Shown: one piece after another, positions 1-11,029 of the stretch | Layout: each line of letters begins with the position of its first letter | Position numbering within the stretch: position 1 is the first letter of the stretch | NCBI GenBank assembly: GCA_964035575.1 | Contig: OZ037844.1 | Location: 434,001-498,000 of the forward strand | DNA length: 64,000 nt | Direction of reading: 5' to 3' | Origin: Rhynchopus sp. YZ270_cl-10 | Taxonomy: Eukaryota | Notes under the pieces: model-generated | Database searches by the model: none | Seen by the model: only the letters and a program-made list of their open reading frames with translations | Told to the model about the DNA's origin: nothing | Position numbers and translations under genes: made by a program

Positions 1-1
1 C

Positions 2-1393
2 TCAGCCTTCAGACCGGGGTCTCTGGACCTCATTTTTTCCAACCCCAGTGTTTTTTCGTCGTCTATCTCCAGAAACATGGCACACCATCTGGACAGGTTA
101 TTGGAATACGGGGTTGTTAAACGTGTGTCAGCTCGTCAAACAGTGGTATTGCACGCATTCACCGTACCTAAGAAATCTGCGGGTGTTCGTTTTGTCGCAG
201 ATGGGCGTAAATTGAATAAGTTAATGTACCGGCCTCCTGAGATGCTTCTTCCGAAGATACCTCAGGTGATCGACAGAGTTCTGGAGTCTTCCTGGGCAGT
301 ACTTGCGGACGGCAAAAGTTGGTTTTACCAATTTGGCCTACACGAGGAAATCCAGGCTTTTTTCGGTATCAATCTGGGTCATCAGAGAGGAGATTTCATC
401 CAAACCAGACTCATTGCTATGTGCATGGGGTGGTCTTTCGCACCTTGTATTGCTCACCGCACTGCGAGGGTGCTCCTCCCTGATGACTCGGGTGTTACCT
501 GGGTGGACAACTTCATTGTTTTAGATAAGTCTCGCGAGGCTGTTACTTTTTCGTTTTCTCAGTTTTTAGCACGTTGTAAACACGTGAATGCTGTGCTAAA
601 CTTAGAAGATGAGTTTTACGGTGAACCGTTGCAAGTTTTTTGTGCCTTAGGAATTGAGTTTGATTTGGTGAATCACCGTTTTCGCGCTGAGCACAAGTGG
701 GTCACCAAGTTGTTAAACTGTGAGGAATGGGAAAAGGTCAAGTCAAATTCTTGCACTATTCGCCAATTTTTCAAAGTTTTTGGTTCTTTGGTGTGGAACT
801 CTTATTCTGTTCGTTCACCCCTTTGCTACCTTCCATCTTCCCTTTCTTTTATCCGTGATGTGGCGCGGACCACTACCCAGTCACCCGAGGCGTGGGACTT
901 ACCCCTCGATGTCAGGAGCTCTACCCTCGCCGAGCTCTCACTCCGTATGAGCGAAGTAGAGGTGAACAATTGGCAAGGGAAGCGTCCGACACAGGAGGTA
1001 ACTGTGTGGTCTGATGCGTCTCAGGAAGGGTGGGCGGCGGTTTTCGAAGGTGAGAAGGAAACGGTCGCTCAGGGTCTGTTTACAGAGAACCCCGAGTGGC
1101 ATATTTATATTAAAGAAATTTTTGCGGCGGCTAAAGCCATCCAACTTACCGCTTCCATGTTTAATAATAAAAAAGTTTTGTTGATGGTTGACAACATGGC
1201 TGCTGTGTACAGCATTCAACGGGGCCATTCGTCCAACTTCATCTCAAATACACTCTTGGCCAAATTATTTCGAATCGCTGAAGAAGCGAATTTGTATATC
1301 GTGTGCACTTGGGTATCTACTCTGGTTCAGAAGGCGGATCCCTTTTCACGGGATTCGAAAGCCAAGGATCCTATTTTATTGGATGAGTTGTAA
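2..1393 (+). CDS. Reverse transcriptase-RNase H of a tyrosine-recombinase-class retrotransposon (DIRS/Ngaro/VIPER-like), 5'-partial
   Basis: RT motifs: FTVPKK..VRFVADGRKLN, LADGKSWFYQF, MGWSFAP, WVDNF in place of YxDD, ALGIEFD. DIRS-type RNase H: WSDAS..GWAAV, HIYIKE, VDN, WV....QKADPFSR. The frame is open from base 2, so the ORF runs off the left edge. Confidence 0.9.
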   Translation, partial: SAFRPGSLDLIFSNPSVFSSSISRNMAHHLDRLLEYGVVKRVSARQTVVLHAFTVPKKSAGVRFVADGRKLNKLMYRPPEMLLPKIPQVIDRVLESSWAVLADGKSWFYQFGLHEEIQAFFGINLGHQRGDFIQTRLIAMCMGWSFAPCIAHRTARVLLPDDSGVTWVDNFIVLDKSREAVTFSFSQFLARCKHVNAVLNLEDEFYGEPLQVFCALGIEFDLVNHRFRAEHKWVTKLLNCEEWEKVKSNSCTIRQFFKVFGSLVWNSYSVRSPLCYLPSSLSFIRDVARTTTQSPEAWDLPLDVRSSTLAELSLRMSEVEVNNWQGKRPTQEVTVWSDASQEGWAAVFEGEKETVAQGLFTENPEWHIYIKEIFAAAKAIQLTASMFNNKKVLLMVDNMAAVYSIQRGHSSNFISNTLLAKLFRIAEEANLYIVCTWVSTLVQKADPFSRDSKAKDPILLDEL

Positions 1394-1577
1394 TTCTTTT
1401 TACGGACTGGTTGGTCTTTATTTGTATAACAGTTTCGCACCGTTTTGTATCTCCACCTTAATTCTTCTAATTCGTTTCGTCTATTCCCGTTAAATTTGTT
1501 GTGGGAACTTGTCTGTAAGAATTGTTTTTCTGTTTATCTGTTCGCGTGGCGTCCCTCAGGGTCCTTAGGGTCCTGGA

Positions 1578-2341
1578 GGATGCGTCCAATGAAAATCACG
1601 TCGTGTAGAAGAGTTCAAGAATGTAGGTTTTATTATTTTTGTATACAACAGACGAAGCGGTACGCGTACGGTTGTAAAGAAATAATACAGACCGAAATGT
1701 TTGGGCGTCTTCGGTTCGAATGATTGGAATTGTGTGTGTAGTTCAGACATAAATACTGGCTCTTCTATCTTGTTCTTTTATTCATTGTTTTCCTTTCATT
1801 GCCCTTTGCTTGTGCTCCCCGACTCCAATTCAACCAACACTTACAGAGGGGGGTCAAAAAGTTATTAGCGTTTTTCATTTAAAAAAAAAAAAAAAAAGAA
1901 GGAAAAGAGATAATTGGCGTTATTGTTGTTATTGGGATTTACAGTCTCACATTGTCTTTTTCGTTCGTTGTTCTATTTAGACACGTTGGGCCTAATGCGC
2001 CTGCACTGTTCGATGCTAGTATGTAAGCACAGAGCACCTAGGGTCTGACTATTACGCGCAGTACCGTCGAGGGACGTACTGTTGCAACGAACTTCACACC
2101 ATTTCTCCGACTGTTTAGGTAGCCGCTTACATACAGCTCACAGGCGTCGCATCTGGGCAGTTTTTCACGTGGCGTTCGCCCTCACTCTTTGTCTTCCGAC
2201 TCAGCAGCCATGGCGCGGGTCGTTTTACGAATTTTGAGGGAATAAGCTACAGTTTTGTTGAATTGAATTGGAGAAGGGGATGCGTCCAATGAAAATCACA
2301 TCGTGTAGAAGAGTTCAAGAATGTAGGTTTTATTATTTTTG
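1578..2341 (+). repeat. Split direct repeats at the retroelement 3' end: ~64-bp copies at 1578-1641 and 2278-2341
   Basis: GGATGCGTCCAATGAAAATCAC(G/A)TCGTGTAGAAGAGTTCAAGAATGTAGGTTTTATTATTTTTG occurs twice with one mismatch. An imperfect inverted pair (1816-1839 / 2256-2280) lies between them. Confidence 0.85.
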
Positions 2342-3055
2342 AAATCCGAAGGTCACTTCGAAGTGACCTTCGAAAAGTGCCCTAAAAAGTGACCTTCCCC
2401 TTTTTATTTTTGAAATCCGGTGTCACGAAGTGACCTCGGATGCTTAACATGCACCGGGAACACGTTGGAGGGTCCGGATTTTTTTTTCTTTTTTGCCAAG
2501 ATCAGTGGTCTGCAGGGCTGCAGGTTGCCACAATGTACATTTTAAGCGCAATTTTTTGAAATGTTGCGTACCGTGGCTTCGCCAGAAACTTTCGTTTTAG
2601 CAAAATACGTAAGTAATTTACGGAAACTGACGATAATTACCAACGACAGTGCCATTTCATGGCAACATTTTTTAGAAATGTTGGTATCGTGGCTTCGCCA
2701 GGAACCTTTGGGTGACATGACCACCGTATCTTTCGTAAATGTACTGGGATTACTGATAAGAAGGTCCCCCACTAAACATCTGCCTCTGCTGTGTTGTGTT
2801 GTTCGTGGTAAGAAGCAAAACGGTGGTACCAGACTGCGAGAACGCAAAATTGCCTTACAAAAAAAATCGTATCTAGTACTCTGTCCCTATGATACGGCGA
2901 TAACCAGCGTCCAGTGTATGTCCGAGGAATTTGCACCTTTTCAACTTTGCTGTTCCTCTGAGGGGGGAAAGTTTTTTTTTTCCCTCCCCAAAAAACGAGA
3001 AGTGACCTTGAAGTTACCATTTTAAATTTTTTTGAGAACAGCGTTAGGACCCCTG
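2332..3055 (-). mobile_element. hAT-type MITE, same family as 26855-27531, with one end displaced by the retroelement
   Basis: Reverse-complement match to 26855-27480. Intact TIR TTAGGACCCCTG at 3044-3055. About 50 bp including the other TIR is missing at the retroelement junction. Confidence 0.85.
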
Positions 3056-3651
3056 CCTCCGGCGGAATGTGAGAATTTCTCGGAGTTCGGCACTTCATTG
3101 ATATTTGCACCAGGCACACGTGGTACACGAATTATCAGTAACCTCAGTACATTTACAAAATAAACGGCAGTCATGGCAGGCATGGCACCCAAGCGAAGCC
3201 ACGGTACGCAACATTTCTAAAAATTGTCGACATAAATGTCACTGTCGTTGGAAGATTGGGAACATAGGGATTTTTGCGGAGCAAAAAAAAAATCAAACAA
3301 ATGGCGCCGCAGGCGAAAAAAAATTAGTGTACAGTGTAAAAATCTATCTTTTTACAGCACATAGTCACACACCTAACCCTTTTTTGCGGAGCAAAAAAGA
3401 GAAAATGGCGCCGCAGGCAAAAAAAAATTGAGGTACAGCCTGGATGGTGCGGTCAGCAACCCAGTTCCCCATGCTCCCGTGGTTCAACCATGATTTTTTT
3501 TTTTTTTTTTTTTTCCTGCAGGTGAGATTTCTCACCTCACTTTTTTTTTTTTGTGAGATTTCTCACCCCAAAATCTCACCGTGGGAAACACTGGGGGGGG
3601 TAAAATCAGGTGGTGTAGGCGAAAAACCGCAAAATTCGGCCGGGGCCCGGG
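3056..3651. mobile_element. Probable non-autonomous TIR element sharing internal sequence with 17656-18876
   Basis: 3263-3490 is the reverse complement of 17860-18035 plus 18625-18665 (GGCGCCGCAGGC, TTTTTGCGGAGCAAAA). The ends CCTCCGGCGGAATGTGAG and CGCAAAATTCGGCCGGGGCCCGG are imperfect inverted repeats. Confidence 0.55.
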
Positions 3652-3747
3652 CCCCGACTTAGGGGTATACCCGAGGGGGCGAGGGGAGGGGAGTGGACAA
3701 GAACGGAGCTTTTTGTTCTGGTTGTTGTTGGTCGACGCTCCCTGGCA

Positions 3748-5086
3748 TCATTCTTCTGCACCGTGCTTGAGGAGAACCTCCATCACATCTGTATGTTGTT
3801 TCTTCCTCGCATAATACAACGCAGTGAGGCCAAACATATTTCTGTGGTTCACATCCACCTTGTTCAAGCCCACAAGATAGCGCACAGTCTCGACGTCACT
3901 AAAGAGCTGCATGCATGAGAATTGCGTCACTAAAGTCGTCCACAACACGCACGTCCGCACCTGCTTCGACTAACATCTGCACAATTTCGAGTCCCCGACC
4001 CTCACAAGCAGAGCGAAGAGGTGTGACACCATGGGCTGCAGTCCTTGCATCGACGTCTGCCCCTGCATCAATCAGCATCTGCATCACATCTGGGTATTTC
4101 TGTAACACTGCGTGGTGCAGTGAATCAAGTCCCGAAATATTTGAGTGATTCACATCCACCTCAGGCATGCACAGAAGAGTACGCACAGTCTCGGTACGTC
4201 TATTGACAGCCGCAAGGCTGAGACATGTCTCCCCAAAGTTGTCTGTGACACACACGTCCGCACCTGCCTTGAGCAGCACCTCCACAACACGGAGATGCCC
4301 ATGCTTGCTCGCCACGAGGAGTGGCGAACGTCCTTGGTAGTCCTTCCCTCGATATCTGCACCTGCATCAATGAGCACCTCCACCACATCGGCATGGTTTT
4401 CCACAGCTGCAGCGAGCACCGCAGTGTAGCCATCGTTATCCTTGTGATTCACGTCCACTTGCGGAAAGCCCACAAGATAGCGCACAGTCTCGGTGTGTCC
4501 AGATCCTGCAGCCAGTCTAAGACATGTCAATCCAGCGTCGACACTGGCTCGTACTTCCGCACCTGCTTCCACCAACATCTTCACAACTGATAAGTCTCCT
4601 TCTCCTGAATAACAAACCCAGTTCAGAGGCGAATGTCCCATGTCGTTCTCCATCTCGATGTCTGCCCCTGCATCAATGAGCACCTGACACACTGCAGGGT
4701 CCTGGACAGGCAAGGTACTCCTGCCCGTGTGGGACAAACGCAACGTTGCTGCAGACTGACTTCCAATGCTGCAAGAGGACCTCCGTGCACGCAGTGTGGT
4801 CTGCGTGGACGCACTCACTCAGCAGCATCCCGAAGCCCATCTGCGTTGTCTCAACATACGGAAGAAGCAGTGCGAGGCATTCATCGTGGTTCCCTCTGCA
4901 CGCCTCGTGCACAGCATCGAAGGCAACCGTTTTGCTGTCTGTGTCTGGGCTGAGCTTCTCAAGTCCCACCCGCACGGCAGTCGTGTCGCCGTTCCTGGCA
5001 GCCTCCACCAAGACCTCGTCTGCAGAAAGCTTTCTTCTCTTTGGTGCCTTCTCGTCAGGTGTGCTGTCTGCGTGTCGCTTCGACAT
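3748..5086 (-). pseudogene. Ankyrin-repeat family copy 1, frameshifted, 3 modules
   Basis: Same MSKRHADSTPDEKAPKRRKL N-terminus and LKHGAEE C-terminus as the paralogues, but split over four ORF pieces with breaks near 4700, 4335 and 3910. Confidence 0.85.
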
Positions 5087-5947
5087 GGTTTTTGAAGATG
5101 TTGATATTCAATGTTGTTTATTTTATGCTGTTTCTTTTTGTGGAGGTTGTGAGGTGAGTGGTGGGTGTCCCTGAACTGCCTCTCACCCCTGACAAGCATA
5201 CAGCCACAGTGGAAACGGGTGGTGTGGAAGTCTCCCTCCTGAGGGTGTTGGGAATCCATCTGCCTTGAGACGAGGAGGGTGAGGGAGGGAATCTTTGTTT
5301 GTGTCCTTAATTTTTTTCAGCTTTTTCCCCCCCTTTTTTACGATAACCTACAGTGCAGGCAGGTTTAGTGCATGCACTTGGCCCTCTCTTCCCCCCTTCT
5401 GACCACATCTCCTTGCTCCACATGGGGTTCCACACCACTCAAGGCAGTGGGGGACAGTTTCCCTGTTCTTCTTCCAAGGGTATTACACAGACAGCACACA
5501 TCTCCTTCTCTCCTTTCATTGTACAATAGAACGAGTAGTTGAAACGTGCTTAAAGAGCTAAGAAGAGGGATACGTGGTTCCAATATTATGCTTATTTTCA
5601 TCCAGTCCACCTGATTTGTACCCCTGAGGACCGCACAATCAAAACCCACCCCTGTTTCCCTATATTCCCCCACAACCCGCCAAAGTCACTCTTTTTCAAG
5701 GAGAGGGAAGGAGGGTGTGTTCCGCGCACCATTCTCCTTGGGACACCTTCGACCCCGCTTTGTTCGTTTGTAGGTCGCTTTCTGGGATGACGAGATCATA
5801 CAGTGCTCACTGGGGGGTGTCGAATACAAGAACGGGTAAGAAAGCCCTGCCCCGACTTAGGGGTATACCTAAGGGAGTGAGGGGGAGGGGAGTGGACAAG
5901 AATGGAGCTTTTTGTTCTGGTTGTTGTTTGGTCGACGCTCCCTGGCA

Positions 5948-7306
5948 TCATTCTTCTGCACCGTGCTTGAGGAGAACCTGCTCCACATCTGCATGTTGTT
6001 TCTGCCTCGCATGGCACAACGCAGTGTAGCCGAACAAATTTCTGTGGTTCACATCCACCTTGTTCAAGCCCACAAGATAGCGCACAGTCTCGACGTCACT
6101 ATAAAGAGCTGCATGCAGGAGACACGTGTTACTAAAGTCGTCCACAACACGCACGTCCGCACCTGCTTCCACTAAAATCTTCACAATGTCGAGTCCCCGA
6201 CCCTCACAAGCAAAGCAAAGAGGTGTGCTTCCATTATAGTGTGCAGTCCTTGCATCGACGTCTGCCCCTGCATCAATCAGAACCTGCATCACGTCTGGGT
6301 ACTTCTGTAACACTGCGTGGTGCAGTGAATCAAGTCTCGAAAAGTTTGTGCGAGTCACGTCCACCTCAGGCATGCACAGAAGAGTACGCACAGTCTCGGT
6401 ACGTCTATTGACAGCCGCAAGGGAAAGACATGTCTCCCCAAGTTCATCTGTGACACACACGTCCGCACCTGCCTTGAGCAGCACCTCCACAACACGGAGA
6501 TGCCCATGCTTGCTTGCCACGAGGAGTGGCGAACGTCCTTGAAAATCCTTCACCTCGATGTCAGCTCCTGCATCAATGAGCACCTCCACCACATCTGCAT
6601 ATTTTTCATCAGCTGCATAGAGCACCGCAGTGCGGCCGAACCTGTCCTTGTGATTCACGTCCACTTCCGGCAAGCCCACAAGATAGTGCATAGTCTCGAT
6701 GTGCCCACATCGCGCAGCCATCATAGCATATGTTAATCCACCGTTGCCACTGGCTCGTACTTCCGCACCTGATTCAACCAACATCTTCACAACTTCGAGG
6801 GCTCCAGAATCACAAGCCCAGTGCAGAGGCGAACGTCCCATGTCGTCCCTTGCCTCGATGTCTGCCCCTGCATCAATGAGCACCTGACACACTGCAGGGT
6901 CCTCCCACATGGCTGGACAGGGTCGGTCATCTTCTTCCTCCTGCCCGTGTGGGACAAACGCAACGTTGCTGCAGACTGACTTCCAATGCTGCAAGAGGAC
7001 CTCCGTGCACGCAGTGTGGTCTGCGTGGACGCACTCACTCAGCAGCATCCCGAAGCCCATCTGCGTTGTCTCAACATACGGAAGAAGCAGTGCGAGGCAT
7101 TCATCGTGGTTCCCTCTGCATGCCTCGTGCACAGCATCGAAGGCAACCTTTTTGTTATTTGTGTCTGGGCTGAGCTTCTCAAGTCCCACCCGCACGGCAG
7201 TCGTGTCGCCGTTCCTGGCAGCCTCCACCAAGACCGAGTCTGCAGAAAGCTTTCTTCTCTTTGGTGCCTTCTCGTCAGGTGTGCTGTCTGCGTGTCGCTT
7301 CGACAT
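5948..7306 (-). CDS. Ankyrin-repeat protein copy 2 (452 aa, 3 triplet modules, N-terminal NLS-like motif)
   Basis: Repeated GxSPL/GxTCL...AGADIE ankyrin consensus; PKRRKL motif; intact ORF. Confidence 0.92.
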   Translation of the reverse strand: MSKRHADSTPDEKAPKRRKLSADSVLVEAARNGDTTAVRVGLEKLSPDTNNKKVAFDAVHEACRGNHDECLALLLPYVETTQMGFGMLLSECVHADHTACTEVLLQHWKSVCSNVAFVPHGQEEEDDRPCPAMWEDPAVCQVLIDAGADIEARDDMGRSPLHWACDSGALEVVKMLVESGAEVRASGNGGLTYAMMAARCGHIETMHYLVGLPEVDVNHKDRFGRTAVLYAADEKYADVVEVLIDAGADIEVKDFQGRSPLLVASKHGHLRVVEVLLKAGADVCVTDELGETCLSLAAVNRRTETVRTLLCMPEVDVTRTNFSRLDSLHHAVLQKYPDVMQVLIDAGADVDARTAHYNGSTPLCFACEGRGLDIVKILVEAGADVRVVDDFSNTCLLHAALYSDVETVRYLVGLNKVDVNHRNLFGYTALCHARQKQHADVEQVLLKHGAEE

Positions 7307-8105
7307 GGTTTGTGAAGATGTTGATATTCAATGTTGTGTCTTTTATGCTGTTTCTTTTTGTGGAGGTTGTGAGGTGAGTGGTGGGTGTCGAGGGGGTCTT
7401 TGTTCCACCTAAATTATATTCAGTATTTTTCTCTCCTTTTTTACGATAACCTACAGTGCAGGCAGGTTTAGTGCATGCACTTGGCCCTCTCTTCCCTCCT
7501 TCTGGCTACATCTCCTTGCTCCACATGGGGTTCCACACCACTCAAGGCAGTGGGGGACAGTTTCCCTGTTCTTCTTCCAAGGGTATTACACAGACAGCAC
7601 ACATCTCCTTCTCTCCTTTCATTGTACAATAGAACGAGTAGTTGAAACGTGCTTAAAGAGCTAAGAAGAGGGATACGTGGTTCCAATAGCATGCTTATTT
7701 TCATCCAGCCAAAAAAAAAAGAAAACAAAAAACTTCGTCCTTTTGCCCAACGTCAGAGGAGGGCAAGCAAGGAGTACTCGGGTGGCCATTTCTTCTCTTG
7801 ATGTGCGTTTTTTTTTTTTTTTTTATGCATGGGAAACCACACCCATAGCCTGGTTCAGGCTAAGAGAGATAGAGGGATGAAGCAGTAAATAAAGACCATT
7901 GTCACTCAAACCTGTTATGTATGTGTCTCATGAAAAATGGCCAGTGCATGTTGGCATAAACAGGGTTACCATCTTGACTGACACCATGTACGATGCCGGC
8001 CGCGGATGAATGCTCGCAAAAAGAATAAAAAAAGAGGGAAATATATCCGTTTCGCTTGATCAGATCTCGACCGTTTGTTGCATTGCACGCTTCCACCTGC
8101 CGACA

Positions 8106-8139
<34 letters not shown>

Positions 8140-8784
8140 AAAAAATTGATTGTTTCCAGCACACGCGGACTGTGTCAGTGTGTGATGGTATATGATTATT
8201 GCCTGAAGTACAGAAAATGGGAGTGTCGGTGGCGGAGCACAAAAGAGGTAAAATGAGAAACATATCGGGTGGGGTCTCTGATCTAATCTGTGCGACGAAT
8301 ATATTTCCCCTAACACGCCATGTTTGGCCAGGGCCTCTCCAGCGCGTCAGTTGCAAAAAAAAAAAACGGTTGGGAGGAAACTAAGCCTCTTGTGATTCGT
8401 TGTCGCGCAGCATTAGCTGCGAGGGATTCCACAAAGCGCGTTGTCAGGGATGATGTCGTTTCCCCAAACAAAAGGTTGGTAGGATGAACCTGAGCCTCAA
8501 GTACTTAGCCACCTTTTAAAATAAATATAGGAAGAATCCCGGACGCCAAGTACACCGAAAAAGGAAGCCAATAGAAGTAAGAAGAACAAGACGGATGCAC
8601 AAACATCAAAAACAGCAATAAAAAGAGAAAAGAACGAACCGTGGAAAAAAAAAAAGCTAGCCCCAAGAAGGAAACACCTTCAAAAACACAAAAAAAGGAA
8701 ACTCAAGGAGAAAAAAAAAGGTTGACTTGAAATACAAAGCCCTCTCGTGACAGTGTACCAAACAAAAAACAACACAAAAAAAAA

Positions 8785-10115
8785 CAAGTAATTGCTATCG
8801 GAAAAAAAACGGGGTGTGGTGTGGAACTCCATCCTGTAGAAATAATCTACAACACGCCCAGCATTCTGCTCTTCTGCAGGTATGCTAACGCTCTTCGTAC
8901 GCTGCCAGACCCACTGGGACGCCAGCATCTGAAACGTTCAAGAAGGGGGGCTGTCCTCTTCGTCCAGCACCATCTGCTCGATAGCGTTGTTGGACGCCCG
9001 CTCGGCAGGCTCGGCGTGGTCCAGCTCGTTTTTGCCCACAGGCTCCCCACATTGTCGTCGTCGTTGGAGCAGTGCGGAAGGAACACAGAATGCACAGACT
9101 ACAACACATCGATCACACCAGGCGCATCAGCACCTCCAGCAAATCGCCAGGATGCTACGGTGGTTTCGAAAATCGCGCGGAGTTTTCCACAGCACACCCC
9201 GCTTTTTTCTTAGCAATTACTTGTCCTTGTTGTTATTGTTGTTTTCAACCACCTTCCTTCAACCCTTGTAGGATCAGTTGTTATTTTTTTCGCGAAAACA
9301 TGAAATTACACATTTCAAGAGAACAAATTAAAAAGGGTCCTTATTTGCATTTTTGGGCTCCGCCCGTGCAGTGGTGGGGTCAATCTCGAAAATTGGACAA
9401 TTTTTTGATCACTTAAATTTTGAGAAATATGAGCCCGGTTCCTTATACGTGGGGCCCATTTTCGGCTAAAATTTTCCTCAAAATCTGGTTTTGTAAAATT
9501 GACCCTTTACTCCCCCCCCACATCGATTTCAATACTATACCTTACTTCACCTACGGTTACCCTTACAGGGGGGTGAAGGAAGGTAAGTTGAAAAAGGGTC
9601 CTTATTTGCATTTTTGGGCTCCGCCCGTGCAGTGGTGGGGTCAATCTCGAAAATTGGACAATTTTTTGATCACTTAAATTTTGAGAAATATGAGCCCGGT
9701 TCCTTATACGTGGGGCCCATTTTCGGCTAAAATTTTCCTCAAAATCTGGTTTTGTAAAATTGACCCTTTACTCCCCCCCCACATCGATTTCAATACTATA
9801 CCTTACTTCACCTACGGTTACCCTTACAGGGGGGTGAAGGAAGGTAAGTTGAAAAGGGTCCTTATTTGCATTTTTGGGCTCCGCCCGTGCAGTGGTGGGG
9901 TCAATCTCGAAAATTGGACAATTTTTTGATCACTTAAATTTTGAGAAATATGAGCCCGGTTCCTTATACGTGGGGCCCATTTTCGGCTAAAATTTTCCTC
10001 AAAATCTGGTTTTGTAAAATTGACCCTTTACTCCCCCCCCACATCGATTTCAATACTATACCTTACTTCACCTACGGTTACCCTTACAGGGGGGTGAAGG
10101 AAGGTAAGTTGAAAA
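8785..10115 (-). mobile_element. Helentron/HINE-like non-autonomous element with three ~261-bp tandem units
   Basis: ~45-bp inverted arms at 8785-8830 and 9179-9223. Subterminal IR at 9242-9272 matches the end of each unit (e.g. 10082-10115). Units start near 9331, 9592 and 9852. A-tract flanks, no TSD. Second copy at 30860-32159. The repeat structure is certain; the Helentron assignment is inference. Confidence 0.65.
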
Positions 10116-10162
10116 AACGTGGATTTACTCTCTGAATGAGCACCCCCCTTTTACGTTAACAC

Positions 10163-10882
10163 TCACTTTGCGTCCTTCCCACTCCACCGCACAACGAGCA
10201 GCGCTGCCGCCGCACCAAGGAGAACTCCCTGGTAGTTCTGAGCGACCCAACCGGAGAGGAAGGTGGTGGGGCGGGTCCAACGCCAGTGTGCGGAGTGCGG
10301 TGCCCCATCCATGCACATGCCCGCCCCAGGCAGACCGTCCAGAGAGTAGCCGTAGGCACTGAACTTCTTGAGCAGATCTGGGTCCATGTCTTCACCCATT
10401 TTGTCTGTGACTATTTTAGTCAGAGTTTCTCTGTCCTTTTCATAAGTCATCAACGGAACAGCATAACCACATGAGCTCGTGATGGTGAAGCTCTTGATCG
10501 TGATGACAGACCGACAGTGTGCAGGGTTAAGCACCGTCCAGTCAGAGAAGTTGGCCGCCACCTTCTCATCAAACTCTGCAGTGCCGTTCAAAGCTGCGCT
10601 GCCGGTCCCAAAGATGCGGACAATAAGCGGATCGCCCTGGAAGGTGCAGAACATCAGCACCACCCGTCCGTTCTCGCGGATGTGCGCTAGCGTCTCACAC
10701 CCACTCCCAAAAGATTCCAGATACTGCACCTCATTCGGGCCTGTGATCTTGAAAGTGCCGTTCAACCCCTTTGGGCTGAGGTTGACGTGCTTCCCATTGA
10801 CAGGCGCAGAGGCGGTGAACATGATGTGGCTGTTGGTGATCACCCTCTGCACGGGCTTGTCGATTGTGTCGTGGAACTTCAT
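10163..10882 (-). CDS. Pyridoxamine 5'-phosphate oxidase-like FMN-binding protein with C-terminal TM helix, copy 1
   Basis: MFTASAP..GKHVNLSPKG, GSGCETLAHIRENGR..MFC.F.G.P.I.R, SCGYAVP; hydrophobic tail. Start set at MKFHDT, which all three copies share. Confidence 0.88.
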   Translation of the reverse strand: MKFHDTIDKPVQRVITNSHIMFTASAPVNGKHVNLSPKGLNGTFKITGPNEVQYLESFGSGCETLAHIRENGRVVLMFCTFQGDPLIVRIFGTGSAALNGTAEFDEKVAANFSDWTVLNPAHCRSVITIKSFTITSSCGYAVPLMTYEKDRETLTKIVTDKMGEDMDPDLLKKFSAYGYSLDGLPGAGMCMDGAPHSAHWRWTRPTTFLSGWVAQNYQGVLLGAAAALLVVRWSGKDAK

Positions 10883-11029
10883 TGTTTGTTGTGTGTTTTT
10901 CTTGTGTAAGAACGGCGTCCTTTTTTGCAGTAATGGGGATTGAGACGAGGGAGGGGGGTGAGATGAGGACGTGGGGGAGTGTTTCTTATTTTTGAAGGAT
11001 TTTATTGTCCCTTTGACAAAATGTCTTTG

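Noticed and set aside
77..1393. Diversity-generating retroelement or retron RT driving ankyrin variation
   Set aside because: The RT carries a DIRS-type RNase H and retrotransposon-style terminal repeats. I saw no template-repeat/variable-repeat pair or adenine-specific mutation pattern.
9331..10115. Tandem array as a CRISPR array, or as repeated small ORFs (MRNMSPV...)
   Set aside because: Units are identical end to end with no unique spacers and no cas genes nearby. The ORFs change frame with A-tract length, so they are incidental.
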